In this document: positions 29,266-38,749 of the stretch, piece after piece | How the letters are laid out: every line of letters begins with the position of its first letter | How positions within the stretch are numbered: position 1 is the first letter of the stretch | Assembly: GCA_044222185.1 (NCBI GenBank) | Contig: JBGANV010000002.1 | Location: 128,001 to 192,000, forward strand | Source: Planctomycetota bacterium | GTDB taxonomy: Bacteria; Planctomycetota; GCA-002687715; CAIWVZ01 | Direction of reading: 5' to 3' | Length of the DNA: 64,000 nucleotides | Notes under the pieces: model-generated | Database searches by the model: none | What the model was told of the DNA's origin: nothing | The model's input: only the letters and a program-made list of their open reading frames with translations | Made by a program: the position numbers and the translations under genes

Positions 29266-29369
29266 CTTCGCCGCGCGACTCGCTCTCACGCGGAGGGACT
29301 GACTTGCGGCGAAAACCGCGAAGTTTTCGCCAGCGGCTGGCGCATGCGGCGACGGCCGGACCATCCCGG

Positions 29370-29410
29370 CCGCATACGCGTCTATGCACCTCCGCAGCGC
29401 CCGGTATGCG
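29370..29410. promoter_or_regulatory. Two tandem candidate enhancer (UAS) sites
   Basis: CCGCA-N8-TATGC at 29370 and 29392 (GCA-N10-TGC dyads), 22 bp apart, about 105-145 bp upstream of the -24 box. Confidence 0.45.
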
Positions 29411-29460
29411 GTCGCGATGCGAGCGTTCGTGCGCCGCCCGACCGACGCGGGGTCGCCCTC

Positions 29461-30870
29461 TCAGTCGAAGTGCGTGCGCTCGATCCCGAGCTGGCGCATG
29501 ATCCGCTGGAGCGCTGCGCGCGTCAGCCCGCAGCGTTCAGCTGCGTGCGAGATGTTCCCCTTCGCGCGCTCGAGTGCGCGCTGCACGTACTCGCGCTGGA
29601 ACCGCTCGATGGCGCGTTGCTTCTCCGCGTTGTAGTCGGCGTCGCCGTCGTCGGCGGCACCCGCCGGTGCCGAGTCCCAGCCGGAGTCACGCAGCCCGAG
29701 GTGGTGCGGGAGGATCCGGTCCCCGGGCGACACGACGACGGCGCGTTGCAACGTATTCGCGAGCTCGCGCACGTTGCCTGGCCAGCGGTGTGCCTTCAGG
29801 GCGCCCAGTGCATCGTCGGACAGAACCGGCTCCGCGGCCCCTGGCGGGAGGCAGGCCTTGGCAGCTTCCGCAAGAAAGTGCCGCGCGAGAGGTTCGACGT
29901 CGCGGGGTCGTTCGCGCAGCGGCGGGATGAACACCCGGACGACGCCCAGCCGATAGAACAGGTCCTCTCGAAACTCGCCTCGGCGGATCATGGGCTCGAG
30001 GTCGCGATTCGTGGCGCACACAAGGCGGAATTCCACGGCGACGTCCGCCGCGCCTCCCAGGGGCCGCACCACGTGATCCTGCAGGACCCGCAGGAGCTTG
30101 CCCTGAAACGACTGCGACATCGACGAGACCTCGTCGAGGAAGACGGTGCCACCGCGCGCCGCGACGAAGAGCCCTTCGCGATCGCGGTCCGCACCCGTGA
30201 AGGCTCCACGCCGATGGCCGAAGAGCTCCGACTCCAGGAGCGTGTCCGGGAGCGCGGCGGCGTTGACCGCGAGGAACGGCCGCGACGCCACGGAACTCCT
30301 CGCGTGGATCGCCCGCGCGACCAGCTCCTTGCCCGTTCCGCTTTCGCCTTCGACGAGCACGGGGACGGGGCTTCGCGCGGCACGATCGACCAGGTCCATC
30401 ACCCGCAACATGGCGGGATCGATTCCGATCAGCGGCGCTCCGCGTGGAACGTCCCGATGCTGCGCCGCGCGCGCCGCGAGCACCTGCAGCCCGAGTCGCT
30501 CGACGACCTGCACGACCTCGTCGTTGTCGAACGGCTTCGTCAGGAAATGCGCGGCCCCCGATCGCAACGACTGCACGGCCGTCTGGATCGTGCCGAAACC
30601 AGTGACGATGACGACCTGCGTCGTGCGCGACCGCGTCTTCACTTCCGTGAGGAGTTCGGTCCCCGACATCCGCGGCATCATCAGGTCGGTCACCACGACG
30701 TCCGCGGGCTCGGCGTCGAACATGCGGAGCGCCTCCGCGCCGTCGCGAGCGGCCCGGACATCGGCGCCGAGACGTTCGAGCAGACGCGTCAGCCCGAGCC
30801 TGATGTCCGCCTCGTCGTCCACGACGAGGATGTGGACGCCTCCGAGGGTCCGGCTTGCCGGCGTCGTCAT
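29461..30870 (-). CDS. NtrC-family sigma54-dependent response regulator (REC-AAA+-Fis HTH)
   Basis: ILVVDDE, TDLMMP, GESGTGKELVARAIH, ESELFGHRRGAFTGA, FLDEV, WPGNVREL, GNISHAA..G. Confidence 0.95.
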   Translation of the reverse strand: MTTPASRTLGGVHILVVDDEADIRLGLTRLLERLGADVRAARDGAEALRMFDAEPADVVVTDLMMPRMSGTELLTEVKTRSRTTQVVIVTGFGTIQTAVQSLRSGAAHFLTKPFDNDEVVQVVERLGLQVLAARAAQHRDVPRGAPLIGIDPAMLRVMDLVDRAARSPVPVLVEGESGTGKELVARAIHARSSVASRPFLAVNAAALPDTLLESELFGHRRGAFTGADRDREGLFVAARGGTVFLDEVSSMSQSFQGKLLRVLQDHVVRPLGGAADVAVEFRLVCATNRDLEPMIRRGEFREDLFYRLGVVRVFIPPLRERPRDVEPLARHFLAEAAKACLPPGAAEPVLSDDALGALKAHRWPGNVRELANTLQRAVVVSPGDRILPHHLGLRDSGWDSAPAGAADDGDADYNAEKQRAIERFQREYVQRALERAKGNISHAAERCGLTRAALQRIMRQLGIERTHFD

Positions 30871-33089
30871 GCCGCGACTCCGATCCGCCGGCGCAGACGC
30901 ACGCGGAAGACCGTGCCCGCGGGCCCCGTCGAGATCAGTTCGACGCCGCCGCCGTGCATCTCGGCGATTCGGCGCGCCGTCGACAATCCGAGCCCCGTCC
31001 CCTCGCCCCGCGGCTTCGTCGTGAAGAATGGTTTGAAGACCATGTCGCGCGTTTCCGGCGGAATCCCCGGACCCGAATCCGCGATGTCCACTTCGATCCA
31101 ATCGCCGCTCGATCGAGACGTGATCGTCACCGAGCCTCCCCCGCGCGCGCTCATCGCCTGGATGGCGTTCACGATCAGGTTGACGAAGACCTGGCGGATC
31201 TGAACTTCGTCGCCGCTGACGTCGACCGGCTCGGAACCCAGTTCGAGGTTCATCGACACGCCAGCTCGCTCGCGCACGGGCCGCAGGAAACCCGCCACGT
31301 CTTCCAGCACGCCGTTGACGTCGACGGAGGCGACCTCGGGCGTGGCGCCCGTGGCGTAGTCCAGGAGCTCGCGAATCGTGCGCTTGCACGCATCGACGTT
31401 GCGACGGATGACGCTCGTGTGTTCGCGAAGCGGCGACTCCGCTTCGAGATCGCTCTCCAACATCTGCGTGAAGAGGCTGCACGCGGCCAGCGGATTGTTC
31501 AACTCGTGCGCCATCACCGCGGCCACTTCGCCGAGGACCGACAAGCGCTCCTGATGGATCTGCCGCTCGTCCTGCGCGATGCGGTCCGTGATGTCGCGTG
31601 CGACGAGAACGCGGCCCGAACGACCGCGTCCGTCCCGCGGGAGCCGCGTCGTGTGGATCTCGTACGAACCGCCGTCGATGTCCACGATGCAGTTTCGGGG
31701 TGTCGCCTCCGGATCGAAGAGGCACTCACCGCACCCGCCGCGCGCGCGCGTCTCGTGGCAGCGGTGATGGCCGGCGGCCGCATCCTGGTTCTCGATCAGC
31801 TTGAGGAGAGGGCGAGCGGCGGCATTCGCCACGACGGGTCGTCCGTCCGAATCGACCACGACGAGGCCATCGTGCATGGACGAGATCACGGCGGCGAGCC
31901 GGTCGCCTTCCCGCCGAAGCTCGGCCTGCCGCTCCGTCAGGTCGGCAGCGGCGCGCTCGAGGCGCGAGGTCCGTTCCTGGACGGCCGCCGCCATGACGTT
32001 GAACGATCGCGCCAGTTCGCCGATCTCGTCGGAGGTCTGAACGTCGACGTGGGCGCTGAAATCTCCCTTCGCGATCCGGCGAGCGGCGTCTTGCATCCGC
32101 ATGAGCGGTCGCGCGACGAAACGCATGGGAAACCAGGCGAGGAGCGCGGCGGCCGCCGCGAGCGCGAGGCCTGCAGCCAGGACTCGACTCTTCAACCCAG
32201 CGACGGCGCTCAGGTCTTCGCTGATGTTCCGCTCGATCTCAACGGACCAGCCGCGCATGGAGATCGGGAACGTCGAGGATGCGATCTCATCGGGGGGCCG
32301 CGCCCGAGGCGGGGGTCGTAGCTCGTAGCGAACGCCAAACCCCGATCGCACGAGGGGCGAATCGGGTGCGGGTCCATCACGCGACGTCAGTTCGGGGGCG
32401 ATCGACAGCTCGCCGCGGCGGTCGTCCACGAGGCGTACTTTCAGACTGTCGATCTGCATCTCGCGGACGCCGGAGCCCGCGAACGCAGCGGCGATCCACG
32501 CGCCAGGACGCACGCGTGCGACGAGGCGCCCGAGGGCCCGCGCTCCCGCGACGGATCGAAGCGGGGTCGAGATCACGAGTCCAGGCTCATCACTCCCCGG
32601 TTGTGTGAACACCGCGCAACCCGGATCCGCGCCCTCGACGCCGGCCTGCCCCATCACGGCTCCGACGGCCGCCACCGTCTGCGGCGCCGTCGACATCACC
32701 GGAATACCGTCGGGCCCGAACACGTCGAGCGCAGTGAATGCCTCGACCAGGGGGAGCTTGTTCGACTCCAGGTGGCGGCGCAGCTCGGCCTCCGTCGCCG
32801 TCCGCCCCGCATCGCCGGCGCCGTCCAGGAGACTCTCCACGTGACCGCGGATGTAGCCGTCGGACGCGAAATCACGGACGCGGCTCGCGAGCAGGCGCAA
32901 CTCGGCATCGAGCGCGGACGCGCACGCACGCGACTGCAATGCGAGACGCCCACGAATCTCCGTCTCGAGATCACTCTTCTCGGACCCGAACACCAGGTAT
33001 CCGCCGACGGCGAACGCCACGAGACACACGCCGACGAGCGCGGCGGAGAGCTTGTAGCGAACGGGGATCCTGTGGAGCGGGTCTCGCAT
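30867..33089 (-). CDS. Sensor histidine kinase (periplasmic sensor, HAMP, PAS, HisKA, HATPase)
   Basis: Two TMs, RPL..A..IAKGD..DEIGELARSFN (HAMP), SMHDGLVVVD (PAS), AHELNNPL, DSGPGIP, PFFTTK, GTGLGL; ATGA overlap with the regulator. Confidence 0.93.
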   Translation of the reverse strand: MRDPLHRIPVRYKLSAALVGVCLVAFAVGGYLVFGSEKSDLETEIRGRLALQSRACASALDAELRLLASRVRDFASDGYIRGHVESLLDGAGDAGRTATEAELRRHLESNKLPLVEAFTALDVFGPDGIPVMSTAPQTVAAVGAVMGQAGVEGADPGCAVFTQPGSDEPGLVISTPLRSVAGARALGRLVARVRPGAWIAAAFAGSGVREMQIDSLKVRLVDDRRGELSIAPELTSRDGPAPDSPLVRSGFGVRYELRPPPRARPPDEIASSTFPISMRGWSVEIERNISEDLSAVAGLKSRVLAAGLALAAAAALLAWFPMRFVARPLMRMQDAARRIAKGDFSAHVDVQTSDEIGELARSFNVMAAAVQERTSRLERAAADLTERQAELRREGDRLAAVISSMHDGLVVVDSDGRPVVANAAARPLLKLIENQDAAAGHHRCHETRARGGCGECLFDPEATPRNCIVDIDGGSYEIHTTRLPRDGRGRSGRVLVARDITDRIAQDERQIHQERLSVLGEVAAVMAHELNNPLAACSLFTQMLESDLEAESPLREHTSVIRRNVDACKRTIRELLDYATGATPEVASVDVNGVLEDVAGFLRPVRERAGVSMNLELGSEPVDVSGDEVQIRQVFVNLIVNAIQAMSARGGGSVTITSRSSGDWIEVDIADSGPGIPPETRDMVFKPFFTTKPRGEGTGLGLSTARRIAEMHGGGVELISTGPAGTVFRVRLRRRIGVAA

Positions 33090-33312
33090 GGGGCATCGAA
33101 CGGAGGCTCGCGCACCGAAACTACGCGGCTCCCGACGGACGGTCGGGGCGCACTCGCAGTGATCTGAAGCGGATCATACGCGCCGCACACCGCGCGCGAG
33201 GCCACGCGACCGTATCGACCGGCCTCATGGCGTCGCCCCGCGGCTCCTGCCATCTTGCACCTGGGAAAAACGCGCTCCGTTGATCCCGAGTTTCAACTTA
33301 GGATGAGCCCGC

Positions 33313-35346
33313 TTGGCGCCACCGAACGATCGCAGTGAGACGAAACAACCTGGACGCAAGAGCCGCAAGCGCGTCCTGATCCCCGTCATCCTCGGCATTC
33401 TGCTCGGCACGATCTGCGTCGTGGCGATGCGGAAGGTCTACAACCCGTTCGAGAGCGGACTCGGCGACACGTCCCTCGTCGCACTCGTCCCTGAGGATGC
33501 GGACCTCGTCCTCTCCGTTCCCCACGTCCCGAGGTTCCTCGGCGAGCTTCGGGACCGGGAGTTCGTGAAGCGACTCGAGCAAGCCGATGGCTTCCAGAAC
33601 TTCCTGAAGTCGCCGTATGCCAATCGAACGGGCGCAGTCCGAGCCGTGTCGTCCGCCTTCGCCCAGCTCGACCGGCTGCGGGCGAGCCGACCTCTCGACC
33701 TCGAGCTCTGGGGAGAACTCTCCGGGGAGGAACTCGCGGTCGTCGGCTATGCGCCCCAGAAAACCGAGGACCAGTGGCGCGTCCTCGTGATGTTCCGGCC
33801 CGGGTCCTGGAAGGTCCTCGCCGCCGTGAACTGCCTCATCGACTCGGACATCGGTGGCTTGAAGACCGTGACGTCGGAACTGGAGCGTCAGGGCATCACC
33901 GTGCAGGAGCGGCTGCGGGATTCGATCACCCTGAAGATCGACCGATTCGGGCTCGTCTCGATCGCGCGCGTGCGCGATGCAGTCCTCTTCGGCACGGACG
34001 TTCGCCGGCTCCAGCGCCTGAAGGCCGACATCGACCGCGACGGTCTGCCGCATCGGCCCAAGGATCGCTATGCGCCGCTGGCGGCCAAGACCGCAGCGTC
34101 GCAGAAGGAGATCCGCGCGATAGTGAATCGGTCGATCGCGGATGCGCAGCTCGACCTCTCGCGCAACCTCGACGAGCAGTGGGGCCCGGACAACGTGGCG
34201 CTCACCCAGGCGATCCTGCCGCGGATCGCGGGCACCGACCTGTTCGTTCGGCTCGTCGTCGACGACTTCACGCAACTCTCGATCAAGACGATGGAGGGCA
34301 TCGCCAAGCCCGCCGACCTCTCACCCGCCTACCAGCCATTCCCGAAGGACGTTGCCGTCGAAGCGCTGCGCCGCTCGGCGCCACTCCTCCCCGCGTCGAC
34401 GTTCGCCTTCGGCCACTTCGAGGTCGACACGCGCCGCTTCCTCGCGGCGTTGTTCCAACGCCCCGAGGTGTTCTCCCGCGCCGATCTCTCGGCGCTCAAC
34501 GACGCGCTGTCGTCGCTGCGGGAGATCAAGACGGTCGACGGATTGGTGGAAGCGATCGACGACACCTGCCACGGAAGCCTTTCGCTCGCGTTCTTCAAAC
34601 AGGACCGTGAGCCGCTCGACAACTCGGAGCCTGGCGTCGCAACGGTGTTCGAGCTGAAGGACGAGGCGCGACTCCGCACGCTCATCGCAGCCATCCAGGA
34701 GCAGGTCCGCGTCGGAGCCGACCCGGCGAAGAAGGGCGGGCTGAAGGGGATCGTCCCGTCCAAGAGCGGAGAGATCGACCTGTTCGAGCTCGTGCTTCCC
34801 GACGGCATCGTCGACGACTACCGCGTGACCAAGCCGGGGTTCGCGATCTCGAAAGGCATGATCGTCTGCACGAACTATTTCCCCACGCTCCGCGAGGCCG
34901 CGAAGGCGGGGAATCTCTTCCTCGCCGACAGCCCGACGCGCGAGATCCTCGAGCGAGCGCTCGCGACGTCGCCGGACGATCTGAGGATGGCGTGGGCCGT
35001 CGCGGGCACGTCGATGTACTCGTACTTCGATCAGTCCGTGGAAGGGTGGGCGACGAAACGCACGACGCCGTCCGCCGTCGTCGAGCGCGCCTGGCGCACG
35101 AAGGCGGAATCGGACGCGCGCGCCCGGGGCCTGCGCCCGGACACACCCGAGTTCACGAAGTCCGTCGAGCATGCCTACGAACGTGAGGCGGAGGCCATGA
35201 CCGGGCCGCAGCGCCGCGCCGAGCGCGCCAAGCTCCAGCAGTACCTCGACTACTTCCGCGACCTCGTCGAGACCGCCGACGTCACCGTGGCGAATTCGGA
35301 CGGACTCGATCTGACGCTACGCGTGGACTTGAAGGCCTCGAAGTAG
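33313..35346 (+). CDS. Membrane-anchored hypothetical protein (possibly DUF3352-like)
   Basis: 677-aa ORF with strong GC3 bias; basic N-terminus plus TM; two LVP.DA / LLPAST repeat starts. Confidence 0.7.
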   Translation: MAPPNDRSETKQPGRKSRKRVLIPVILGILLGTICVVAMRKVYNPFESGLGDTSLVALVPEDADLVLSVPHVPRFLGELRDREFVKRLEQADGFQNFLKSPYANRTGAVRAVSSAFAQLDRLRASRPLDLELWGELSGEELAVVGYAPQKTEDQWRVLVMFRPGSWKVLAAVNCLIDSDIGGLKTVTSELERQGITVQERLRDSITLKIDRFGLVSIARVRDAVLFGTDVRRLQRLKADIDRDGLPHRPKDRYAPLAAKTAASQKEIRAIVNRSIADAQLDLSRNLDEQWGPDNVALTQAILPRIAGTDLFVRLVVDDFTQLSIKTMEGIAKPADLSPAYQPFPKDVAVEALRRSAPLLPASTFAFGHFEVDTRRFLAALFQRPEVFSRADLSALNDALSSLREIKTVDGLVEAIDDTCHGSLSLAFFKQDREPLDNSEPGVATVFELKDEARLRTLIAAIQEQVRVGADPAKKGGLKGIVPSKSGEIDLFELVLPDGIVDDYRVTKPGFAISKGMIVCTNYFPTLREAAKAGNLFLADSPTREILERALATSPDDLRMAWAVAGTSMYSYFDQSVEGWATKRTTPSAVVERAWRTKAESDARARGLRPDTPEFTKSVEHAYEREAEAMTGPQRRAERAKLQQYLDYFRDLVETADVTVANSDGLDLTLRVDLKASK

Positions 35347-35348
35347 GA

Positions 35349-35387
35349 CGTCGTCGCCGCGCAGAAGGGCGGTCGCGGCGATCGACG
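35349..35387. terminator. GC-rich hairpin between convergent genes
   Basis: TCGCCGCG-N12-CGCGGCGA with flanking CGTCG/CGACG; no U-tract. Confidence 0.3.
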
Positions 35388-35396
35388 CCCGACCGT

Positions 35397-36221
35397 TCAG
35401 GCAGCCCCGGGCGACTCATCCAGGATGCGGCGAAACAGCGCGTTCAGCGCCTCGTGCCCGGAGATCTGGTGCGATGGCGTCGGAGCAACGGATTCCAGGC
35501 GTGCGAGCTCGCGCACGATGAACTCGTCGAGCGCCGGCACCGGCGGTGCGGACTCCATCTCGAGCGCCCGTTTCTTCGCGTCGAGCAGCGCGTCGATCGC
35601 GGCACGAAGCTCCGGCTGGTCCGCCACGAGATCGAGGAGGCGGTCGAACTGGATTGGTGCGACCGTCCCGAAGCGCTCGAGCCACCGCACGCACAGCAGC
35701 GGCCGAAGCACGTACAGGTACTTCTTCAGTCGCACGGACTCGGTCCGGAGGTATCCGCGATGGTTCGTCCGTGCCATGCTCCGGAAATGGTGGATCCCTT
35801 TCTCGGGGACGTAGACCGACGGCGCCAGTCGGCGAGCTTCGTCGTGGAAGCAGCCTGCCGTGGAATAGGCGATCGGCGAGTGGATCCACTCGATGAATGC
35901 CGGGTTCGACTGGCCGAAGAGCCGCAGCGCCTTGCGGACGTCCCAGCCGTTCAGGTCGATCTCGTCGGTGATCGGGCGCTCGATCACGTCACGTCGCTCT
36001 TCGAGGTCGACCGACAGGTACCACTCGCGCGGGCGGACGTAGACGAACCTCACGTCGTAGTCACTGTCCGGAGATGGAAAACCCCAGGCGCGGCTGCCCG
36101 ACTCGACGGCGAGGAGGATCCGCACGCCTTCCTCCTGCGCGACCGCGCGCAGGCGTGCGCCGATCTCCGCGCGGACCGACGGTGGAATGGGATCGTCGTG
36201 AGCGAGAGCGTCGCCGTTCAC
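35397..36221 (-). CDS. Pol-beta superfamily nucleotidyltransferase (RlaP/YcgL-like)
   Basis: LAVESGSRAWGFPSPDSDYDVRFVY, RDVIERPI, GWDVRKAL, LKKYLYVLRPLL. Confidence 0.9.
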   Translation of the reverse strand: MNGDALAHDDPIPPSVRAEIGARLRAVAQEEGVRILLAVESGSRAWGFPSPDSDYDVRFVYVRPREWYLSVDLEERRDVIERPITDEIDLNGWDVRKALRLFGQSNPAFIEWIHSPIAYSTAGCFHDEARRLAPSVYVPEKGIHHFRSMARTNHRGYLRTESVRLKKYLYVLRPLLCVRWLERFGTVAPIQFDRLLDLVADQPELRAAIDALLDAKKRALEMESAPPVPALDEFIVRELARLESVAPTPSHQISGHEALNALFRRILDESPGAA

Positions 36222-37366
36222 GCTGGAACCATCCTCTCGTAGACCTCCAGGGTCTTCGCCAGCATGGAATCGAGGGAGAACTCGGCCGCGACGCGGGCTC
36301 GCGCGGCGCGACCGAGATCGGCGCGGCGCACGGGATCGACGAGCAGCGATTCCACGTCGCTCACGAGCGGCGCGACGGAATCGGGATCGAACAAGAGGCC
36401 GGTCACGCCGTGCTCCACCGCCTCGTCGATGCCCTGGATGCGTGGCGCTACCACTGGCACGCCGACGCTCATGGCTTCGAGGACCGTGAGGGGCAGACCT
36501 TCGTAGCGGGACGTCATGACGAGCACGTCGAGCCCGCAGAACAGCTCGCGGGCGTCCGGGCGGTGACCGAGGAAGCGGATGCGATCACCGAGACCCAGTG
36601 CCTTCGCCCGCACTTCGAGGGCGCGTCGATCCTCGCCGTCCCCGAGGACGACGAACCGCGCCGTCGGAAGGCGGGTCGCCACCTCCGCCATGGCCTCCAC
36701 GAACAGCTGCGGCTGCTTCTGCGCCGACAGCCGCGCAGCGAATCCGATCAGCCCGTTCGATCCGACGGGGAGATCGGGCCAGAGTTCTGCCCGTGCCGCG
36801 GCGCGTGCGGAGACCCCGGGGTCCGGCGGCAGGGCGATCCCGTTGTGGACGACGGTGACACGATCCGGCGGCAACTTCCGCGAGAGCAGCGCATCGCGTG
36901 ATGCTCGCGACACGACGATGTGCTGCCGGACGACCGCCATGGCGACCTGATGGCGAAGTGGCGTCGGCAAGTCGTCGAAGGGGCTGTGGGGCAAATGCTC
37001 CGTCGTGACGAGATTGCGGTACCCAGCGAGCTTGGCTGCGACGATCGCGCCGTTGCACGCTCTCGGATCGACGAGGTTGAAGTGAATGATCTGCGGCCGG
37101 CGCCACGCGACGTGGCGTAGGACCTTCAGGAAAGGTCCGACGGCGCTGAGGGTCGGCACCCGAGGGAGCCGCGTCACCGCGATGTCCTTTGCAGATAGCC
37201 TCGCCGCGAGCGCGTCCATCTCCGGCTCGGTCGCCAACACGACCTCGGGCGTGACGGCCTTGCGGGCGAAGCCCGTGGCCAACAGCTCCAGGTAGCGCTC
37301 CCCGCCGCCGTAGACGGGGGCATCGCTGAAATAGGTCACGCGAATCGGCGCGAGGCGGACGCTCAT
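36218..37366 (-). CDS. Glycosyltransferase family 4
   Basis: YGGGE, VVHNGI, ARLSAQK, SRYEGLPLTVLEAM; ATGA overlap with the upstream GT. Confidence 0.92.
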   Translation of the reverse strand: MSVRLAPIRVTYFSDAPVYGGGERYLELLATGFARKAVTPEVVLATEPEMDALAARLSAKDIAVTRLPRVPTLSAVGPFLKVLRHVAWRRPQIIHFNLVDPRACNGAIVAAKLAGYRNLVTTEHLPHSPFDDLPTPLRHQVAMAVVRQHIVVSRASRDALLSRKLPPDRVTVVHNGIALPPDPGVSARAAARAELWPDLPVGSNGLIGFAARLSAQKQPQLFVEAMAEVATRLPTARFVVLGDGEDRRALEVRAKALGLGDRIRFLGHRPDARELFCGLDVLVMTSRYEGLPLTVLEAMSVGVPVVAPRIQGIDEAVEHGVTGLLFDPDSVAPLVSDVESLLVDPVRRADLGRAARARVAAEFSLDSMLAKTLEVYERMVPA

Positions 37367-38592
37367 GAGCCGCCCTCGCTCGTGGACGCGCATGCCTGCT
37401 CGACCGCTGCCGCGAACGCGGCGCCCAGCGCGCGCCATCCGTGGGAGGACTCGACGAACGCACGGGCGCGCTCCACGAGCGTCGAACCGAGCGCGTGGTC
37501 GCTGCGCAGCCGCAGAATCGCACGGGCCATGCCTTCCGCGTCATCGGCGATGAGGAGTTCTCGTTCGTGCTCCACGCCCAGGCCTGACGCGCCGACCGCC
37601 GTCGCGATGACCGGCCGACCGAGCGCGAACGCCTCGAGGATCTTGAGACGGGTCCCGCCGCCCAACCGCAACGGGACGATCACCGCGGACGCATCGCGAT
37701 ACAGGGGAACCAGGTCGGGAACCCGTCCCGTGACCGTCACGCCGGGGGTCTGACCAAGCTCGCGAATCGAAGGCCCCGCATCGCGCCCGGCGAGCACGAC
37801 CGGAACGTCCCCGATCCGCGCGCGAATCGCGGGCAATTGCTCGCGCACGAAGTGGATCGCGGCATCGACGTTCGGTGGGTAGTCGAACGATCCGACGAAG
37901 AGGAGAGGCCCAGTGGCCGGCGGGGGCGGGAGGACGCGGAAGGCCTCCGTGTCGACTCCGTTCGCGATGGTCACGACGCGCGCACCGGGCGCGAGGACGC
38001 GCAGCCTCGCAGCGTCGTCATCCGACACCGCGACGGCCAGCCGGCTGGCGGCCACGAACCGACCTTCCTCCCGCGCGAGGATCTCCCCATCGCGCCGCGT
38101 GAGCCTGCCGGTGAGTCCGCCGGCGCTTCGCGCGCAGTCGCGAATGAGGTCGGACTCCACGTTGTGAGTGGCGGCGACGTACGGGACGCCCTGGAAAAGG
38201 TCCCGATAGACGCTCATCCACAGTGACTCCACGATGACCACGTCGAATGATGCACGAGACATCTCGTCCGAGACGAGATCGGAGAACGACTGATGAAGCC
38301 ACCGCGGAAGGAGTGATCCCCGCCCCGCGAGGATTCGCGCCCATTTGGCCAGTCGCGCCGCCGGAGGCAAAGATGACGACTCGCGCGGGATCAGAGCACC
38401 GCGCGTCGCGATGCCGCGCCGACTCAATTCGGTCGCGTCATGCCTTTCATCCGGCGTGCGCGCGATTCCGAGGAGAGTGACGTCGTGTCGCGCTGCGAGC
38501 GCGCTCACGAGGTGGAACGTCCTGATGCGCCCGCCATGGTCCAGGGGCCAGGGGAGATAGGGCGTGATCGCCAGAACCTTCAAGCGCAGCAA
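37363..38592 (-). CDS. Glycosyltransferase family 4
   Basis: PWPLDHGGRIR, HNVES, NGVD, FVGSFDYPPNVDA, GGGTRLKILEA. Confidence 0.92.
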   Translation of the reverse strand: MLRLKVLAITPYLPWPLDHGGRIRTFHLVSALAARHDVTLLGIARTPDERHDATELSRRGIATRGALIPRESSSLPPAARLAKWARILAGRGSLLPRWLHQSFSDLVSDEMSRASFDVVIVESLWMSVYRDLFQGVPYVAATHNVESDLIRDCARSAGGLTGRLTRRDGEILAREEGRFVAASRLAVAVSDDDAARLRVLAPGARVVTIANGVDTEAFRVLPPPPATGPLLFVGSFDYPPNVDAAIHFVREQLPAIRARIGDVPVVLAGRDAGPSIRELGQTPGVTVTGRVPDLVPLYRDASAVIVPLRLGGGTRLKILEAFALGRPVIATAVGASGLGVEHERELLIADDAEGMARAILRLRSDHALGSTLVERARAFVESSHGWRALGAAFAAAVEQACASTSEGGS

Positions 38593-38749
38593 CCCATGAC
38601 CACACGACGACTAAGCGCGTCTCGAGGCTCCGTCCGGTGAAACCCGATCGTTCCGCACACGATTGCCGTTCATCGCAAGCTCCGCGGAATTCCGATCGGC
38701 GTCAGGTGCGGTCGATCGTAGCACGGTACGCTTCTGGACCCCGTCGGCG

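Noticed and set aside
28504-31203. 899-aa plus-strand ORF
   Set aside because: Antisense to narC, the promoter and the NtrC-type gene; such shadows are common opposite bEBP genes
29461-31725. Apparent 754-aa regulator with long N-terminal extension
   Set aside because: The extension overlaps the kinase in another frame; the real start is ATG 30870 (ATGA coupling)
33280-33296. FNR-like TTGAT...TTCAA upstream of the kinase
   Set aside because: Spacer is 7 nt, not the required 4
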